Shown: piece by piece, positions 12,128-23,242 of the stretch
Position numbering within the stretch: position 1 is the stretch's first letter
Layout of the letters: the number at the start of each line of letters is the position of its first letter
Notes under the pieces: generated by a model
The model's input: the letters and a program-made list of their open reading frames with translations, nothing else
Databases searched by the model: none
Told to the model about the DNA's origin: nothing
Position numbers and translations under genes: made by a program
Origin: an uncultured Gammaproteobacteria bacterium
GTDB lineage: Bacteria; Pseudomonadota; Gammaproteobacteria; UBA9214
NCBI GenBank assembly: GCA_963827755.1
Contig: CAWHCQ010000017.1
Location: 1-64,000 of the forward strand
DNA: 64,000 bases
Direction: 5' to 3'

Positions 12128-14267
12128 CGAGGCGCTCCATGAAGAGTTGTCGAAGTGAGCGTTGCCACTGGCTTGCCAGTGGTTCGGAACCGTGGTCAAA
12201 ACGCACATGGACGCGCTGGCCGAAATACTTCGAGGGTGCCGCCTCGGCCAGTGCAAGCTCGAACTGGAAGACCTTTTCCAGCGCGGTCATGCCGTTTTCA
12301 TCCGTCGGGTCGACGGCGATCCTGCCGCCCCCGCCCGTACCCAGGGCACGGCTCGGCAACTGGTCGGTTGCGGCAGGCACCTCGCGCTTGATGCTGGCGG
12401 GTATCACCTGGGCAATGTTGCCGGCCAGGCGGACCTCGACCTCCCGAGTGCGTCCCCTGACCAGGTTGATATCATTCTGGGTGACCGCAACGCGGGCATT
12501 TTTCATGGCGCCGTTTGAAATATAGGCAAGCAGGTCACCCTTGTGCACATAGCGGCCTGCCAGGTCTTCCGCCTCGGGTATTACCAGGCGGCCGCCGGCC
12601 TGGCTGCGCAGTACCAGTGCATCCAGCTGTTCCTGCAGCCGGGCATGTTTTTTTTCTGCCGTGACGATATCCGCCTTGAAGCCCTCTGCCCTGATCTTGT
12701 CATCCTGCATCACCGACAGGTAGCTTGCCTTTAGTTCCTTGAGGTGTGCGGCGCTGATTGCAGCCTGCGCCTCGAGCAGCGGGTCTTCGCATTCGAGGAT
12801 GGCATCGCCCCTGTCAACCTGTGCACCCGGCACCGCGACCAGCCGGGTGACAAAACAACTGGCGCCGATGCGCAGCTCCGATTGTTCGGGCACCCAGACA
12901 ACCCCATCGGTACGGGTCAGCAGGGGGGCCGGCATGAAGAACAGCAGCCATGCAAGCAAGGTGCAGACAAGGCCGGTCGATGCAAGCACCCGGGTGCGAT
13001 TGGCCCGCAGCGCGGGGTTGCTGAACAGGAATGAAAGGTTGCGCGACAGCGGCAGGATGATCTGGGTCGCAACGGCCCAGAGCGCGAGCACGGTACCGAT
13101 GATGAAGTACTTGCTGGCGATATAAAATATGATGACGAACATGATTGCCATGCGATAGATAAACGATGCAATGCCGTAGAGCAGGAACCAGGCCGCTTCG
13201 CCGCTTGCCCGTGCCGGTGACTGGAGATTCTTTACACCGAACAGGTAATGCTGCAACAGGTAGCCGAGGTACTTGCTGGAACGCGTGCCCAGGTTGGGGA
13301 TCTCGATGGCATCGGCAAGAATGTAGTAACCGTCAAAGCGCAACAGCGGGTTGCCGTTGAAGAACAGCGTCGAGACGCTGCCGATCAGCATGATGTTGTA
13401 GCAAACAGTGCTGACGATGCCGGGTTCGACATTGATCCAGACGAACAATGCCAGTGCCGCGAGAAACAGTTCCACCAGCATTCCGGCCGCACCCACGACC
13501 ACGCGCCGGCCCTTGTTTTCGAAGGCGGTTGCTGCCGACGAGTCGACATAGGGTATGGGTATCAGCGCCAGCAGCATGATGCCCATTTCATGGACTTCGC
13601 CGCCCCAGACGCGCGTGGCAAAAGCGTGGCCGAGTTCATGCAGCAGCTTCACCAGCGGGTAGGTCAGCCATAACAGCACCAGGTTTTGCGGCGACGTCAC
13701 CCGGTTGATGACGTCGCCGGTGATTGCCGTCCAGTGCTGCCCGGCCAGCAGGATGGCAAGCGTGATCACGGCCAGCCAGATCGCGAGTGCGGTGCGGGTG
13801 AACAGCGGACGTGCCAGGTGTTGCCAGCGATCGAGGAAGCGTTGCGGGTCGAGGAGCGGTATGCGTATGGACAGTGGTGCATACAGCCGCTGTTTCACCC
13901 GGCCCTGCTTTTGCTGCCGGTGGCGCTTGAACAGCTCGATGCCGTCCGGCGGTAATTCACACTGCAACAGGTCGTTTGCATGCAGCTGGCCAAGCAGCTG
14001 GATGGTCTGCTCCTGGGTCGGTGCCGCGTCGCCGAGCTGGTGGATGACGGCCTGCCAGATATCGTCGACGCTGCGCTTGCCATCCATTTGCGCAAAGAAA
14101 CAATGGGCCGCGGGACTGAAACGGTGCGCGCTGCCGGAGGCCCGGTCCTGCAGGATGTACCAGCGCTGGCCGCGGTAATGGTGGCGGCGGATTTCGGCAT
14201 GGCGGCGCAGTTGCGGCTTGAGGTCGGCAACGCGGTACCACAGCGGGCTGTGCAGGGAATCCGTCAT
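12120..14267 (-). CDS. M50 (site-2 protease family) metallopeptidase fused to N-terminal PqqD-like and C-terminal HlyD-like domains
   Basis: HELGH zinc motif, NGNPLLRFDGYYIL, several TM segments, C-terminal coiled coil and lipoyl-like hairpin; likely start ATG 14267 (MTDSLHSPLWYRVA). Confidence 0.88.
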   Translation of the reverse strand: MTDSLHSPLWYRVADLKPQLRRHAEIRRHHYRGQRWYILQDRASGSAHRFSPAAHCFFAQMDGKRSVDDIWQAVIHQLGDAAPTQEQTIQLLGQLHANDLLQCELPPDGIELFKRHRQQKQGRVKQRLYAPLSIRIPLLDPQRFLDRWQHLARPLFTRTALAIWLAVITLAILLAGQHWTAITGDVINRVTSPQNLVLLWLTYPLVKLLHELGHAFATRVWGGEVHEMGIMLLALIPIPYVDSSAATAFENKGRRVVVGAAGMLVELFLAALALFVWINVEPGIVSTVCYNIMLIGSVSTLFFNGNPLLRFDGYYILADAIEIPNLGTRSSKYLGYLLQHYLFGVKNLQSPARASGEAAWFLLYGIASFIYRMAIMFVIIFYIASKYFIIGTVLALWAVATQIILPLSRNLSFLFSNPALRANRTRVLASTGLVCTLLAWLLFFMPAPLLTRTDGVVWVPEQSELRIGASCFVTRLVAVPGAQVDRGDAILECEDPLLEAQAAISAAHLKELKASYLSVMQDDKIRAEGFKADIVTAEKKHARLQEQLDALVLRSQAGGRLVIPEAEDLAGRYVHKGDLLAYISNGAMKNARVAVTQNDINLVRGRTREVEVRLAGNIAQVIPASIKREVPAATDQLPSRALGTGGGGRIAVDPTDENGMTALEKVFQFELALAEAAPSKYFGQRVHVRFDHGSEPLASQWQRSLRQLFMERLGV

Positions 14268-14272
14268 GCCTG

Positions 14273-16025
14273 TCAGGGCAGCCAGGACCAGGCCCACAGG
14301 CGCAGCCAGTCTGCCAGACCATGGGTCCATATCCAGAAAAGATTTTTCCGCCCGATCTCCACCTTGCCGATGCCTTCCATGCCGGGCAGCAGCGGTTGCG
14401 GGGCATCGAGCAGCCTGGACTCGACGCGGAAGTTGTTGCTGCCCTCGCTGGCCGCTGCAACCGGAGTGATTTTATCGATCACGAATGCCAGCGGTTCACC
14501 GGGCAGGCCGGTGAGGCGCAGCTCACCCTGTTTGGCCGATCTCGATGTGCTTGATATCGCTTTCCTTGACATGCAGCACCAGCCGGTAGTCATCGAGTGG
14601 CGCAACCTTGAACAGGACATCACCGCGTTCCACCGGTGAGCCGAGTGACTGGCTGAGGTCGCCGCTGACCACGACACCGTCGAAAGGTGCGCTGATCTGC
14701 GTGCGCAGCAGTTGTGCATTCACCAGTTCCAGTTGCGCACTGGCCTGCTCGATGCGTGCAGACAGGATGCTGACCTCCGAGCGGTCATGTTCAGACAGCG
14801 CATGGCGGTATTCACGCGTGTATTGCGTTTTCTGGCTGGACCACTTTTGCTGTTCAAGCAGCAGGTCCTTGTCTTCCATGGCGCCCATCAGCTGGCCCTT
14901 GCGCACCAGGTCGCCGGCACGAATGTCCGAGCTGGAAATGAAGCCGTCGATCGGCGCAACGATCGAACGTTGTACCCGGCCTTCCAGGCTGGCATCGGCA
15001 GTGACCCGGTAATCGCCCTGGCCGAGGATCATCAGCCCGAGCAGGCCGGCGAGGCCGAGGCCTGCAAGCTTCATCGCGGTATGCCGGGGGCCGAACAGTT
15101 TCTTCAGCTGTGCGCCGAGGGAGGCACTGATCTTGGCAGGCAGCCAGCGGTCGTCGCGGCGTTTCAGCGCCAGTGCCGGGCCGAGCATGGCGGCGATATT
15201 TCTGCAGAATGCGATGTCCGTCGCGCTGAAGGGCATGTCGGCCGGGCGTTCGAAGGTGAGTGCGCCAACGGCAAGCAGTTTATCGACCAGGGGTACGGTG
15301 CAGATGGCGGTGTTGCCGTGGTTCTGCGCCAGGTCCTTGTGGGCGTGGGTCAGCAGCGAAGACTGTGAGTCGGTGTCGGGCAGGACAAGCACGGCATCCT
15401 GCTCGACCGCCTCGTCCATGGCGCTGGCAATATCGCGCACCAGGTTGGCCTTGCCATCGAACTTTGCGGTATTCGACAGCGCCTGAACGTGCAGCTGCTG
15501 GCCGCGGATGAAGCCGACGCTGACCCGGTTGCAGGACAGGCGGGTGGCGAGCTCCGTGACCACGGCGGTGGCCGCGGCCTGAAAGCGGTGGTGTTCGAGG
15601 CACAGCGCAACCAGTTCCAGTACCGTGACCAGCGGCTGCTGGCTGCTCTTGCTCTCCTGCTCGATGAGCATTTCCAGCCAGGTGACACCCCATTTCAGTA
15701 ATTGCAGCACGCTGCGGTGTTGTGCCTCGGGCCGGCTGGAGAGTTCGACGGCGACGATACCGATCAGCTTGTCGCGGCTGACCAGCGGGCAGGCGATGGC
15801 GTCATACTCACGCCCGGCCTTTGCCTTGTGAACGACCATGCGGCGTTTGCTGCCGGCCTCCCGGGCGGCGGCCAGCAATTCGGGGGAGGCCGGCTCGGCG
15901 TCCGGCCAGCAGGCCACCGGGGCGAAGCTGCCCTGCTCGGGTACACCCAGCATGACGACGCCACAGCTGACGCCGTTGATGATCGTGCATTGCTGGGCAA
16001 GCCAGGATTGTGCCAGCACGTCCAC
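14273..16025 (-). CDS. GAF domain-containing HlyD-family periplasmic adaptor; frameshift near 14530
   Basis: ORFs 14523-16025 + 14273-14719; GAF-like N-half, one TM, IVAPIDGFI...AGDLVRKGQLM, ISAPFDGVVVSGDL, LLPGMEGIGKV. Confidence 0.87.
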
Positions 16026-16182
16026 TCTATAACCTCATGATAATATTAGTAAAATAGTTACCTGCGAGGCAGGCTCATACGCATCTGCCGGGCATCGTTA
16101 TAAATATCGGCAGCGATGATTGATTCCACAGTCTTGTCTGCCCGCAGGATGCGATGCAGCCCGGCTCATGCGGAAGCCCGCT

Positions 16183-16297
16183 TCGCCGAGCTGGCGCTGG
16201 CTCCTACACAGATCTACCCGGTGTCGATTCCGTGTCTGTAGGAGCGACTGCGCGAGCTCGCGATCGCGCTTCGCACAGCTGAGCGCTGGCTCCTGCA
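16183..16297. repeat. Degenerate GTAG-family REP cluster (three units)
   Basis: GCTGGCTCCTACA ending 16208, inverted TGTAGGAGCGACTGCGCGAGCTCGCGAT 16237-16264, third unit GCTGGCTCCTGCA ending 16297; shares GTAGGAGC head with REPs beside the RAYT gene. Confidence 0.6.
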
Positions 16298-16526
16298 GTT
16301 GTCGGGTTGATCGCGGTTTGTCGTTTGCGTGTCATGGCAGGGTTTGTTTCAATGCAGCAGGCGCAACTGCACACCCGGTGATTTTTTGCATGGGCACAAA
16401 CCCGAATGCATTCCCGCCGGCCTCAAGAAACAGCGGCCTGTAACGATAGCTGTATATATATGGATACTATAGAGTGTATATATCTTCAACTCGGTCGGAT
16501 TCTTATCATGCAGGTGCTAGCCGGAA

Positions 16527-19365
16527 ATGAGTAAGCATTGGATGCAGGCGCTGCAGCGCACCTCGCTACTTGACGGCGGGAACGGTGCCTACCTCGAAAG
16601 TCTCTACGAGAGCTACCTGCAGGACCCTGACAGCGTCGATGACCACTGGCGCAATTACTTCGACGCCCTGCCAGGGGTCAACGGCCATGACGCCGGTGAT
16701 GTTGTCCATTCGGAATTGCGGCGTGAATTCTCCCGCCTGACAGGCCGTCTTCGCGGCCACCGTATTGCACGCCTGACCGGCGCCCGTCTCGATCACGAAC
16801 GCAAGCAGGTGCGGGTGCTGCAGCTCATTAATGCCTACCGCTTCCGTGGCCACCAGCACGCCAAGACCGATCCGCTGCGCCGCGCCGAACCCGCACTGAT
16901 ACCCGAACTGGACCTGGTGTACCACGAACTTTCCGAGGCCGATTTCGACACGGTATTCCACACGGGTTCGCTGGTGGGCGCGGACGAGGCAAAGCTTCAG
17001 GAAATCCTGCTGGCACTGAACAAGACGTATTGCGGAACGGTCGGTGCCGAATATATGCACATGCAGGTGACCGGGGAAAAACGCTGGGTCCAGCAGCGCA
17101 TGGAGAGTGATCAGTCGCATCCGTCGCTGTCCAACCGGACCCGCAAGTGGTTGCTTGATCGCCTCACCGCGGCAGAGGGCCTCGAGCGTTACCTGCATTC
17201 GAAATATGTCGGCCAGAAACGTTTTTCACTGGAAGGTGCCGAAAGCCTGATACCCATGCTGGACGAGGTGATTGAACGTTCCGGATCACAGGGGATGCAG
17301 GAAGTTGTTATCGGTATGTCGCACCGTGGCCGGCTCAACGTGCTGATCAATGTCCTCGGAAAATCGCCCTCGGTACTGTTTTCGGAGTTTGAAGGAAAAA
17401 ACAGCCAGCAGCTGCAAACCGGTGACGTGAAATATCACCAGGGATTTTCGAGCAACGTCAACACCTCGGGCGGACAACTGCACCTGACGCTCGCATTCAA
17501 CCCGTCTCACCTGGAAATAGTTTCCCCGGTCGTGGAGGGCTCGGTGCGTGCGCGCCAGCAAAGATACCCGGAGAATGTCGGTGGCAAGGTGTTGCCCGTG
17601 GTGATACACGGTGATTCTGCATTTGCCGGCCAGGGCGTGGTCATGGAGACCTTCAACATGTCGGGGCTGCGCGGCTTTTCGACGCACGGCACCGTGCACA
17701 TCATCATCAATAACCAGATCGGCTTTACCACCAGTACACGCAACGATACCCGCTCGATGCTGTATTGCAGTGACGTGGCAAAGATGGTGGGTGCGCCCAT
17801 TTTTCATGTCAACGGCGATGATCCGGAGGCCGTTTATTTCGTCACCCAGACCGCGCTGGACTACCGCCAGAAGTTTAATAAAGACGTTGTCATCGACCTG
17901 GTTTGCTACCGCCGGCACGGCCATAACGAAGCGGATGAACCCTCCGCAACGCAGCCGCTGATGTATCGCGAAGTCAAGGCATTGAAGACCACGCGGGAGA
18001 AATATGCACGCACACTGGAGAAGAACGGGGTTACGGAACCGGGCTTTGCAGACAAAAAGGTTGATGAGTTTCGTCAGTTGCTGGATGCAGGCAGCAGTGT
18101 CACGCCGCGTATCAGGCAGGAGAACCATGTTGCAAACCCGAGGGCGGTCGACTGGACACCGTATTTTGGCCGTGAGTGGGATGAACCGGCCGATACATCC
18201 ATCTCACTGGATGAGCTGAAAATGCTGGCCACGCGGTTGCAGGACTTGCCGGATGGTTTCGAACTGCATCCGCGCGTTGAGAAGATCATGGACAACCGCC
18301 GTAAAATGGCGGCGGGCGCACTGGCGCTTGACTGGGGTGGTGCGGAAGCGCTGGCACTGGCATCGCTGCTGTACCAGGGATTTCCGATCCGTTTGTCGGG
18401 CCAGGACAGTGAGCGCGGCACCTTCTTTCACCGCCACGCGGTGCTGCACAACCAGATCGACGGCCACACCTTTGTGCCGCTGCACAATATCGATCATGAA
18501 TATTCGCGATTTATTATTATCGACTCGCCGCTGTCGGAAGAGGCGGTACTGGCCTTCGAGTATGGCTATGCGACAGCCGATCCGAACATGCTGGTCATCT
18601 GGGAGGCGCAGTACGGCGATTTTGCCAACGGCGCCCAGGTCGTCATTGACCAGTTTATCGCCGCGGGTGAGGCCAAGTGGGGGCGGCTCTGCGGCCTGAC
18701 CATGTTTCTGCCGCACGGCTACGAGGGTCAGGGTGCGGAGCACTCCTCGGCAAGACTGGAGCGGTTCCTGCAATTATGCTCTGACCACAATATCCAGGTT
18801 TGCAACCCGACGTACGCCTGCACAGATGTTTCATATGTTACGCAGGCAGATGATCCGGCCTTTTCGCAAGCCGCTGGTGGTGATGTCGCCGAAAAGCCTG
18901 CTGCGCCACAAGCTGGCGGTATCGACGCTGGATGAACTGTCGCAGGGAAGCTTCAGGCCGGTCATCGGTGATGTCGATGTCGTCGACAAGTCGACAATCA
19001 GGCGCCTGATCATGTGCAGCGGCAAGGTCTACTACGACCTGCTGGAGCGGCGCCGGGCAGAGCAGCTTGATGATATTGCCATCGTAAGGATTGAACAGCT
19101 CTACCCGTTTCCATGGCGCCTGCTGCGTGAAGAGCTTGCCCTGTATGAAAATGTAGAAGAGTTCTGCTGGTGCCAGGAAGAACCCAAGAACCAGGGGGCC
19201 TGGTATTCAACGCGGCACAAGTTGCAGGAGGTGATTGGCGAGGATGTCAGCCTTCTCTATACTGGCCGGGATGCATCACCCGCACCGGCAGTCGGTATTC
19301 CCGGATTGCATGTCGCACAGCAGACTGAACTGGTGACCCAGGCGTTGGGACTTAAAAAATCATGA
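16527..19365 (+). CDS. sucA: 2-oxoglutarate dehydrogenase E1; frameshift near 18810
   Basis: KRFSLEG, GDVKYHQG, HGDSAFAGQG, LPHGYEGQGAEHSSAR, PKSLLRH, WCQEEPKNQGAW; ORFs 16527-18935 + 18733-19365. Confidence 0.97.
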
Positions 19366-20614
19366 GCACTGAAATCAAGGTACCTGCACTTCCGGAATCT
19401 GTCACTGACGGGGTGATCGTCGCCTGGCACAAGCAGCCGGGCGATGCCGTTGCGCGTGACGAGGCCCTGGTCGATATAGAAACCGACAAGGTAGTGCTCG
19501 AGGTGCCGTCCCCCGGGGATGGCGTGCTTGAAAAAATTCTCATCCAGAGCGGCGATACCGTCACCGCCGACCAGGTCATCGGGCTTTTCAGTGCCGGCCC
19601 TGCGGGGCTGCAGGACCGGCGAAAGCCGACAGCTCGCCAGCTGCAGCGCAGGACAAGGCCGGCAAGGCGCTTGGACCGGCTGTGCGTAAACTGGTTGCCG
19701 ATCATGAGCTGGACCCGCAACAGATCAGCGGCTCGGGCAAGGGTGGCCGTATTACCAAGGCCGACGTCCTTGCACATATCGCCGGCACGAAACCGGCCGT
19801 GGTGGAAACCCCGGAAGCGCCGGAGCCCGCCAGCCGGCCGGCGCCGCCGGCAGTACCGCCAGCACCGCCGGAACCGGCAGAGGCAACACCGGGTCTCCCG
19901 GAAATCAATGAGGACCGGCCACAGAAGCGCGTTCCCATGTCAAGACTGCGCGCGCGCGTTGCAGAGCGCCTGCTGCATGCGACGCACACCACCGCCATGC
20001 TGACGACCTTCAACGAGGTCAACATGGCGCCGATTATGAACCTGCGAAAAAAACACCGCGAAACGTTCGAGCAGAATCACGGCGTGCGGCTGGGCTTTAT
20101 GTCATTTTTCGTGCGTGCCGCTGCCGAGGCCCTGAAGCGGCATCCCGATATCAATGCTTCCATCGACGGGGATGAAATTGTCTATCACGGGTTTTGCGAT
20201 ATCGGTGTGGCGATCAGCAGCGATCGCGGACTGGTCGTGCCGGTACTGCGTAATGCGGAATACATGAGCCTTGCCGAGATCGAGACCGATATTCTCGAAT
20301 TTGCAACCCGGGCACAGGCCGCAAAACTGACCATGGAAGACATAACCGGCGGCACATTTTCAATCACCAATGGCGGTGTATTCGGGTCGATGCTGTCGAC
20401 GCCGATTTTGAATCCGCCGCAGAGTGCCATCCTCGGGATGCACAAGATCCAGGATCGTGCCATGGTTGTTGACGGCCAGGTCGTGGTACTGCCGATCATG
20501 TACCTCGCGTTGACCTATGACCACCGCATCGTCGACGGCAAGAGTGCCGTTACCTTCCTGGTGACCATCAAGGACCTGCTGGAAGACCCCGCCAGCATGC
20601 TGCTGGATTTATAA
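19362..20614 (+). CDS. sucB: Dihydrolipoyllysine succinyltransferase E2; frameshifted in the linker (19600-19680)
   Basis: Lipoyl motif [11 protein letters not shown]3-binding [13 protein letters not shown], catalytic YDHRIVDG. Confidence 0.97.
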
Positions 20615-20616
20615 TT

Positions 20617-22055
20617 ATGAGTAAAGACTACGACGTTATTATTATTGGTGCAGGCCCGGCCGGCTACGTGGCGGCGATTCGTTGTGCGCAGCTGGGTTTG
20701 AAAACAGCCTGCATCGATGACTGGCTCGACAAGTCAGGCAAGCCGGTGCCCGGTGGCACCTGCCTGAATGCGGGATGTATCCCTTCAAAGGCCTTGCTGG
20801 AGAGCTCGGAACTTTTCGAACGCATGCAGAAGGAAGTCAGGGGACATGGCATCAGTGCGGACGGTGTTACAGTCAATGTGGCGGAAATGGTGGCCCACAA
20901 GGACCGTATTGTCGGTGACCTTACCAGCGGGATCATGTCCCTGTTCAAGTCCAATGGTATCGAGTGGGTAGCGGGGCGCGGACAGTTGCTGCCCGATCGG
21001 CAGGTCAGCGTGACGCCGCACCAGGGCAAGAAATACAGCCTCTCTGCGGAGCATATTATTCTCGCAACCGGCTCCAGGCCGGTAGAGATCGATGCCGCGC
21101 CTTTGAAAAATGATCGCGTGGTGGATTCAGCCGGCGCCCTGAACTGGACCGTGGTGCCGGAGCGTGTCGGCATCATCGGGGCGGGTGTGATCGGGCTGGA
21201 GCTGGGCAGTGTCTGGCGGCGCCTGGGTAGTGCACGTCACCTTGCTGGAGGCACAGGATGTGTTTCTCGCAATGGCAGACCAGCAGATCGCGAAGATGTC
21301 GCTGAATATGTTTCAAGAAACAGGGGCTGGATATCCGTCTCGGTGCCCTGGTGAAGTCAACAGGGATCGGCAAGGATGGTGTGACGGTAAAGTACACGGA
21401 TGCAGCGGGCGAGCAATCGCTAACGGTTGACCGCCTGATCGTGGCCGTCGGGCGCAGTCCCTGTACGCAGGATATTGCCACTGCAGAAACCGAATTGCTG
21501 TTTGATGAAGGTGGTTTTATTCATGTGGATAACAACTGTTGTACGAATCTGCCCGAAGTGTATGCCATCGGTGATGTCGTGCGCGGACCGATGCTGGCAC
21601 ACAAGGGTTCGGAAGAAGGGATTGCGGTTGCCGAGCGGATTGCCGGGCAGGACAGTGAAGTGAACTATGCCGCCATTGCATCGGTGATCTATACCAAGCC
21701 CGAGATCGCCTGGGTAGGACAGACCGAGGAATCGCTCAGGCATACCGGGGTGGATTTCCGCAGCGGCATTTTTCCGTTTGCAGCCAGTGGCCGGGCACGC
21801 GCCATGCAGGAAACCGGGGGAATGGTGAAGGTGCTCAGTGACGCGGGTTCGGACCGGGTGCTCGGCGTCCATATCCTGGGTGTACATGCCTCTGAACTGA
21901 TCGGCCAGGCCGTGCTGGCGATGGAGTTCGAGGCCAGCAGTGAAGACATCGCGCGCACTGTCTTTACCCATCCGACCCTGTCCGAGGCCCTGCACGAAGC
22001 GGCGCTGGCGGTCGACAACCGGGCCCTGCACATTGCGAAATCAAGACCCCGTTGA
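20617..22055 (+). CDS. lpdA: Dihydrolipoyl dehydrogenase E3; frameshifts around 21230-21340
   Basis: GAGPAG, GGTCLNAGCIPSK, GAGVIGLELG, HPTLSEA. Confidence 0.96.
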
Positions 22056-22136
22056 TGATCACGACGGGTACGCCGCACTTCACCCACCTGTAAACGAGAT
22101 GAGCAAAGTGCAGCCCGGCTGGCCCGGGAAAGTCAT

Positions 22137-22361
22137 CTAGACCTGCTCTTCTTCATAATCAATCAGCTTCAGCCTGCAGTTCCTGTTGATGGCCAGTGCC
22201 AGAACCGCAACAAAGCCGATAGCCGCGACGAATGCGATATACAGGTAGGGTGGCATTGAAGTCTGGTGAAAAAGCGCAATATAGATCGCGCTGACAAACA
22301 TCAGTATAAAAATTATCTTCAAAAAGCAGGCAAACGGGCAGTTTTTTGCCCGCTGCATGAG
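22137..22361 (-). CDS. Small two-TM membrane protein (start uncertain; ORF extends to 22439)
   Basis: Two hydrophobic stretches FLKIIFILMFVSAIYIALF and YLYIAFVAAIGFVAVLALAI; downstream of a sigma54 promoter. Confidence 0.55.
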   Translation of the reverse strand, partial: LMQRAKNCPFACFLKIIFILMFVSAIYIALFHQTSMPPYLYIAFVAAIGFVAVLALAINRNCRLKLIDYEEEQV

Positions 22362-22452
22362 CATCTCTATTGCATCCGGCATACAACCTCCATTTTCTAG
22401 CGACATGAATATCTGGATAACGCTGTCGAGTCGCGGCAACGTGGCACTGAAA

Positions 22453-22560
22453 TCAGCCAGGCACAGCGATCCAGAGCCAGTACAGGGTCAACGGGACGGC
22501 TGCAAGCATGACCAGCGTCAGCAGCGCTCCCAGCATGCACATGTAAAGGTCGTCACACAT
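22453..22560 (-). CDS. 35-aa single-TM miniprotein
   Basis: Read directly: MCDDLYMCMLGALLTLVMLAAVPLTLYWLWIAVPG*; GC-rich third positions; below the ORF-track cut-off. Confidence 0.5.
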   Translation of the reverse strand: MCDDLYMCMLGALLTLVMLAAVPLTLYWLWIAVPG

Positions 22561-22753
22561 CCTGATTGACCCCCGTGCAGTCACCTGCAGCATTTGAGCC
22601 AGTCCCCGGGTTGCCGAATGTGCCATGTCCTGTCCATGGTCCCGGCGCTGGGCATCGGTGTGTGCGGCGTGGCTTCAGCGCCCTGGCGGTCGTGGTCGCG
22701 CAGGAGAACCGCGCGGGTATGGGTAGGTATTTGCAGTGTTTGATGCTGTCCAT
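22553..22753 (-). CDS. Small hypothetical protein, first gene after the sigma54 promoter (reading frame uncertain)
   Basis: Strong GGAGG RBS before ATG 22753; as read MDSIKHCKYL...; one extra A in the AAA run would give MDSIKTLQIPTHTRAVLLRDHDRQG...WHIRQPGDWLKCCR. Confidence 0.4.
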   Translation of the reverse strand: MDSIKHCKYLPIPARFSCATTTARALKPRRTHRCPAPGPWTGHGTFGNPGTGSNAAGDCTGVNQDV

Positions 22754-22813
22754 TAGTGAAACCTCCATGTGGCTATATAATTAGCAATTTATAACATAAC
22801 GATATATCTAATA

Positions 22814-22829
22814 AGCAATCAACATGCCA
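22814..22829 (-). promoter_or_regulatory. sigma54 -24/-12 promoter (leftward)
   Basis: Minus strand TGGCATGTTGATTGCT, GG-N10-GC spacing. Confidence 0.75.
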
Positions 22830-22925
22830 ACCTTTAAAAAGACGCAACGAATGCTCTTACTCACTGATTTAAAGATATTTATCAAAAATGGCGGGATGGC
22901 CGGGGAGGTTCCCCAGGCTGCCAGG

Positions 22926-23138
22926 TGCACATGACTGGTGCCTGCTGTTTGTTTACAGGTGCAAACTGGTGCAGTTGGCGGCGCTGGTTGCCCGAAAAAA
23001 CCGCGGTTTGCTGTTGGCCGTTTACAGCGGTGAAGGTACCTCTTCCCCAATGAGGGCATTCGACGATTACGCAGTGCCCCACCTGTTGATATGCACCCTT
23101 GTGGTTCAATAAATGCGGGCATGCATTGCAAATGTGCA
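22926..23138. promoter_or_regulatory. NtrC-type enhancer boxes between divergent sigma54 promoters
   Basis: 17-bp sites TGCACATGACTGGTGCC (22926-22942), TGCACCCTTGTGGTTCA (23092-23108), TGCATTGCAAATGTGCA (23122-23138) vs consensus TGCACC-N5-GGTGCA. Confidence 0.65.
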
Positions 23139-23160
23139 TATTCGAATCCAGGTGACGTCA

Positions 23161-23207
23161 TAACCCACTGATTTTCTTATATCTCGCAAACTGGCATCAA
23201 TCCTGCT
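23161..23207 (+). promoter_or_regulatory. IHF-like site plus sigma54 promoter (rightward)
   Basis: TGGCATCAATCCTGCT at 23192-23207 (GG-N10-GC); AATCAG-N4-TTA on minus strand at 23161-23173. Confidence 0.7.
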
Positions 23208-23242
23208 TCCCAATGCTTATCAACCAGTTGCGGAGAAATGAG

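Noticed and set aside
16104-16130. sigma28 promoter for the export operon
   Set aside because: GCCGATAT -10 present on the minus strand but no matching -35 at 15-bp spacing
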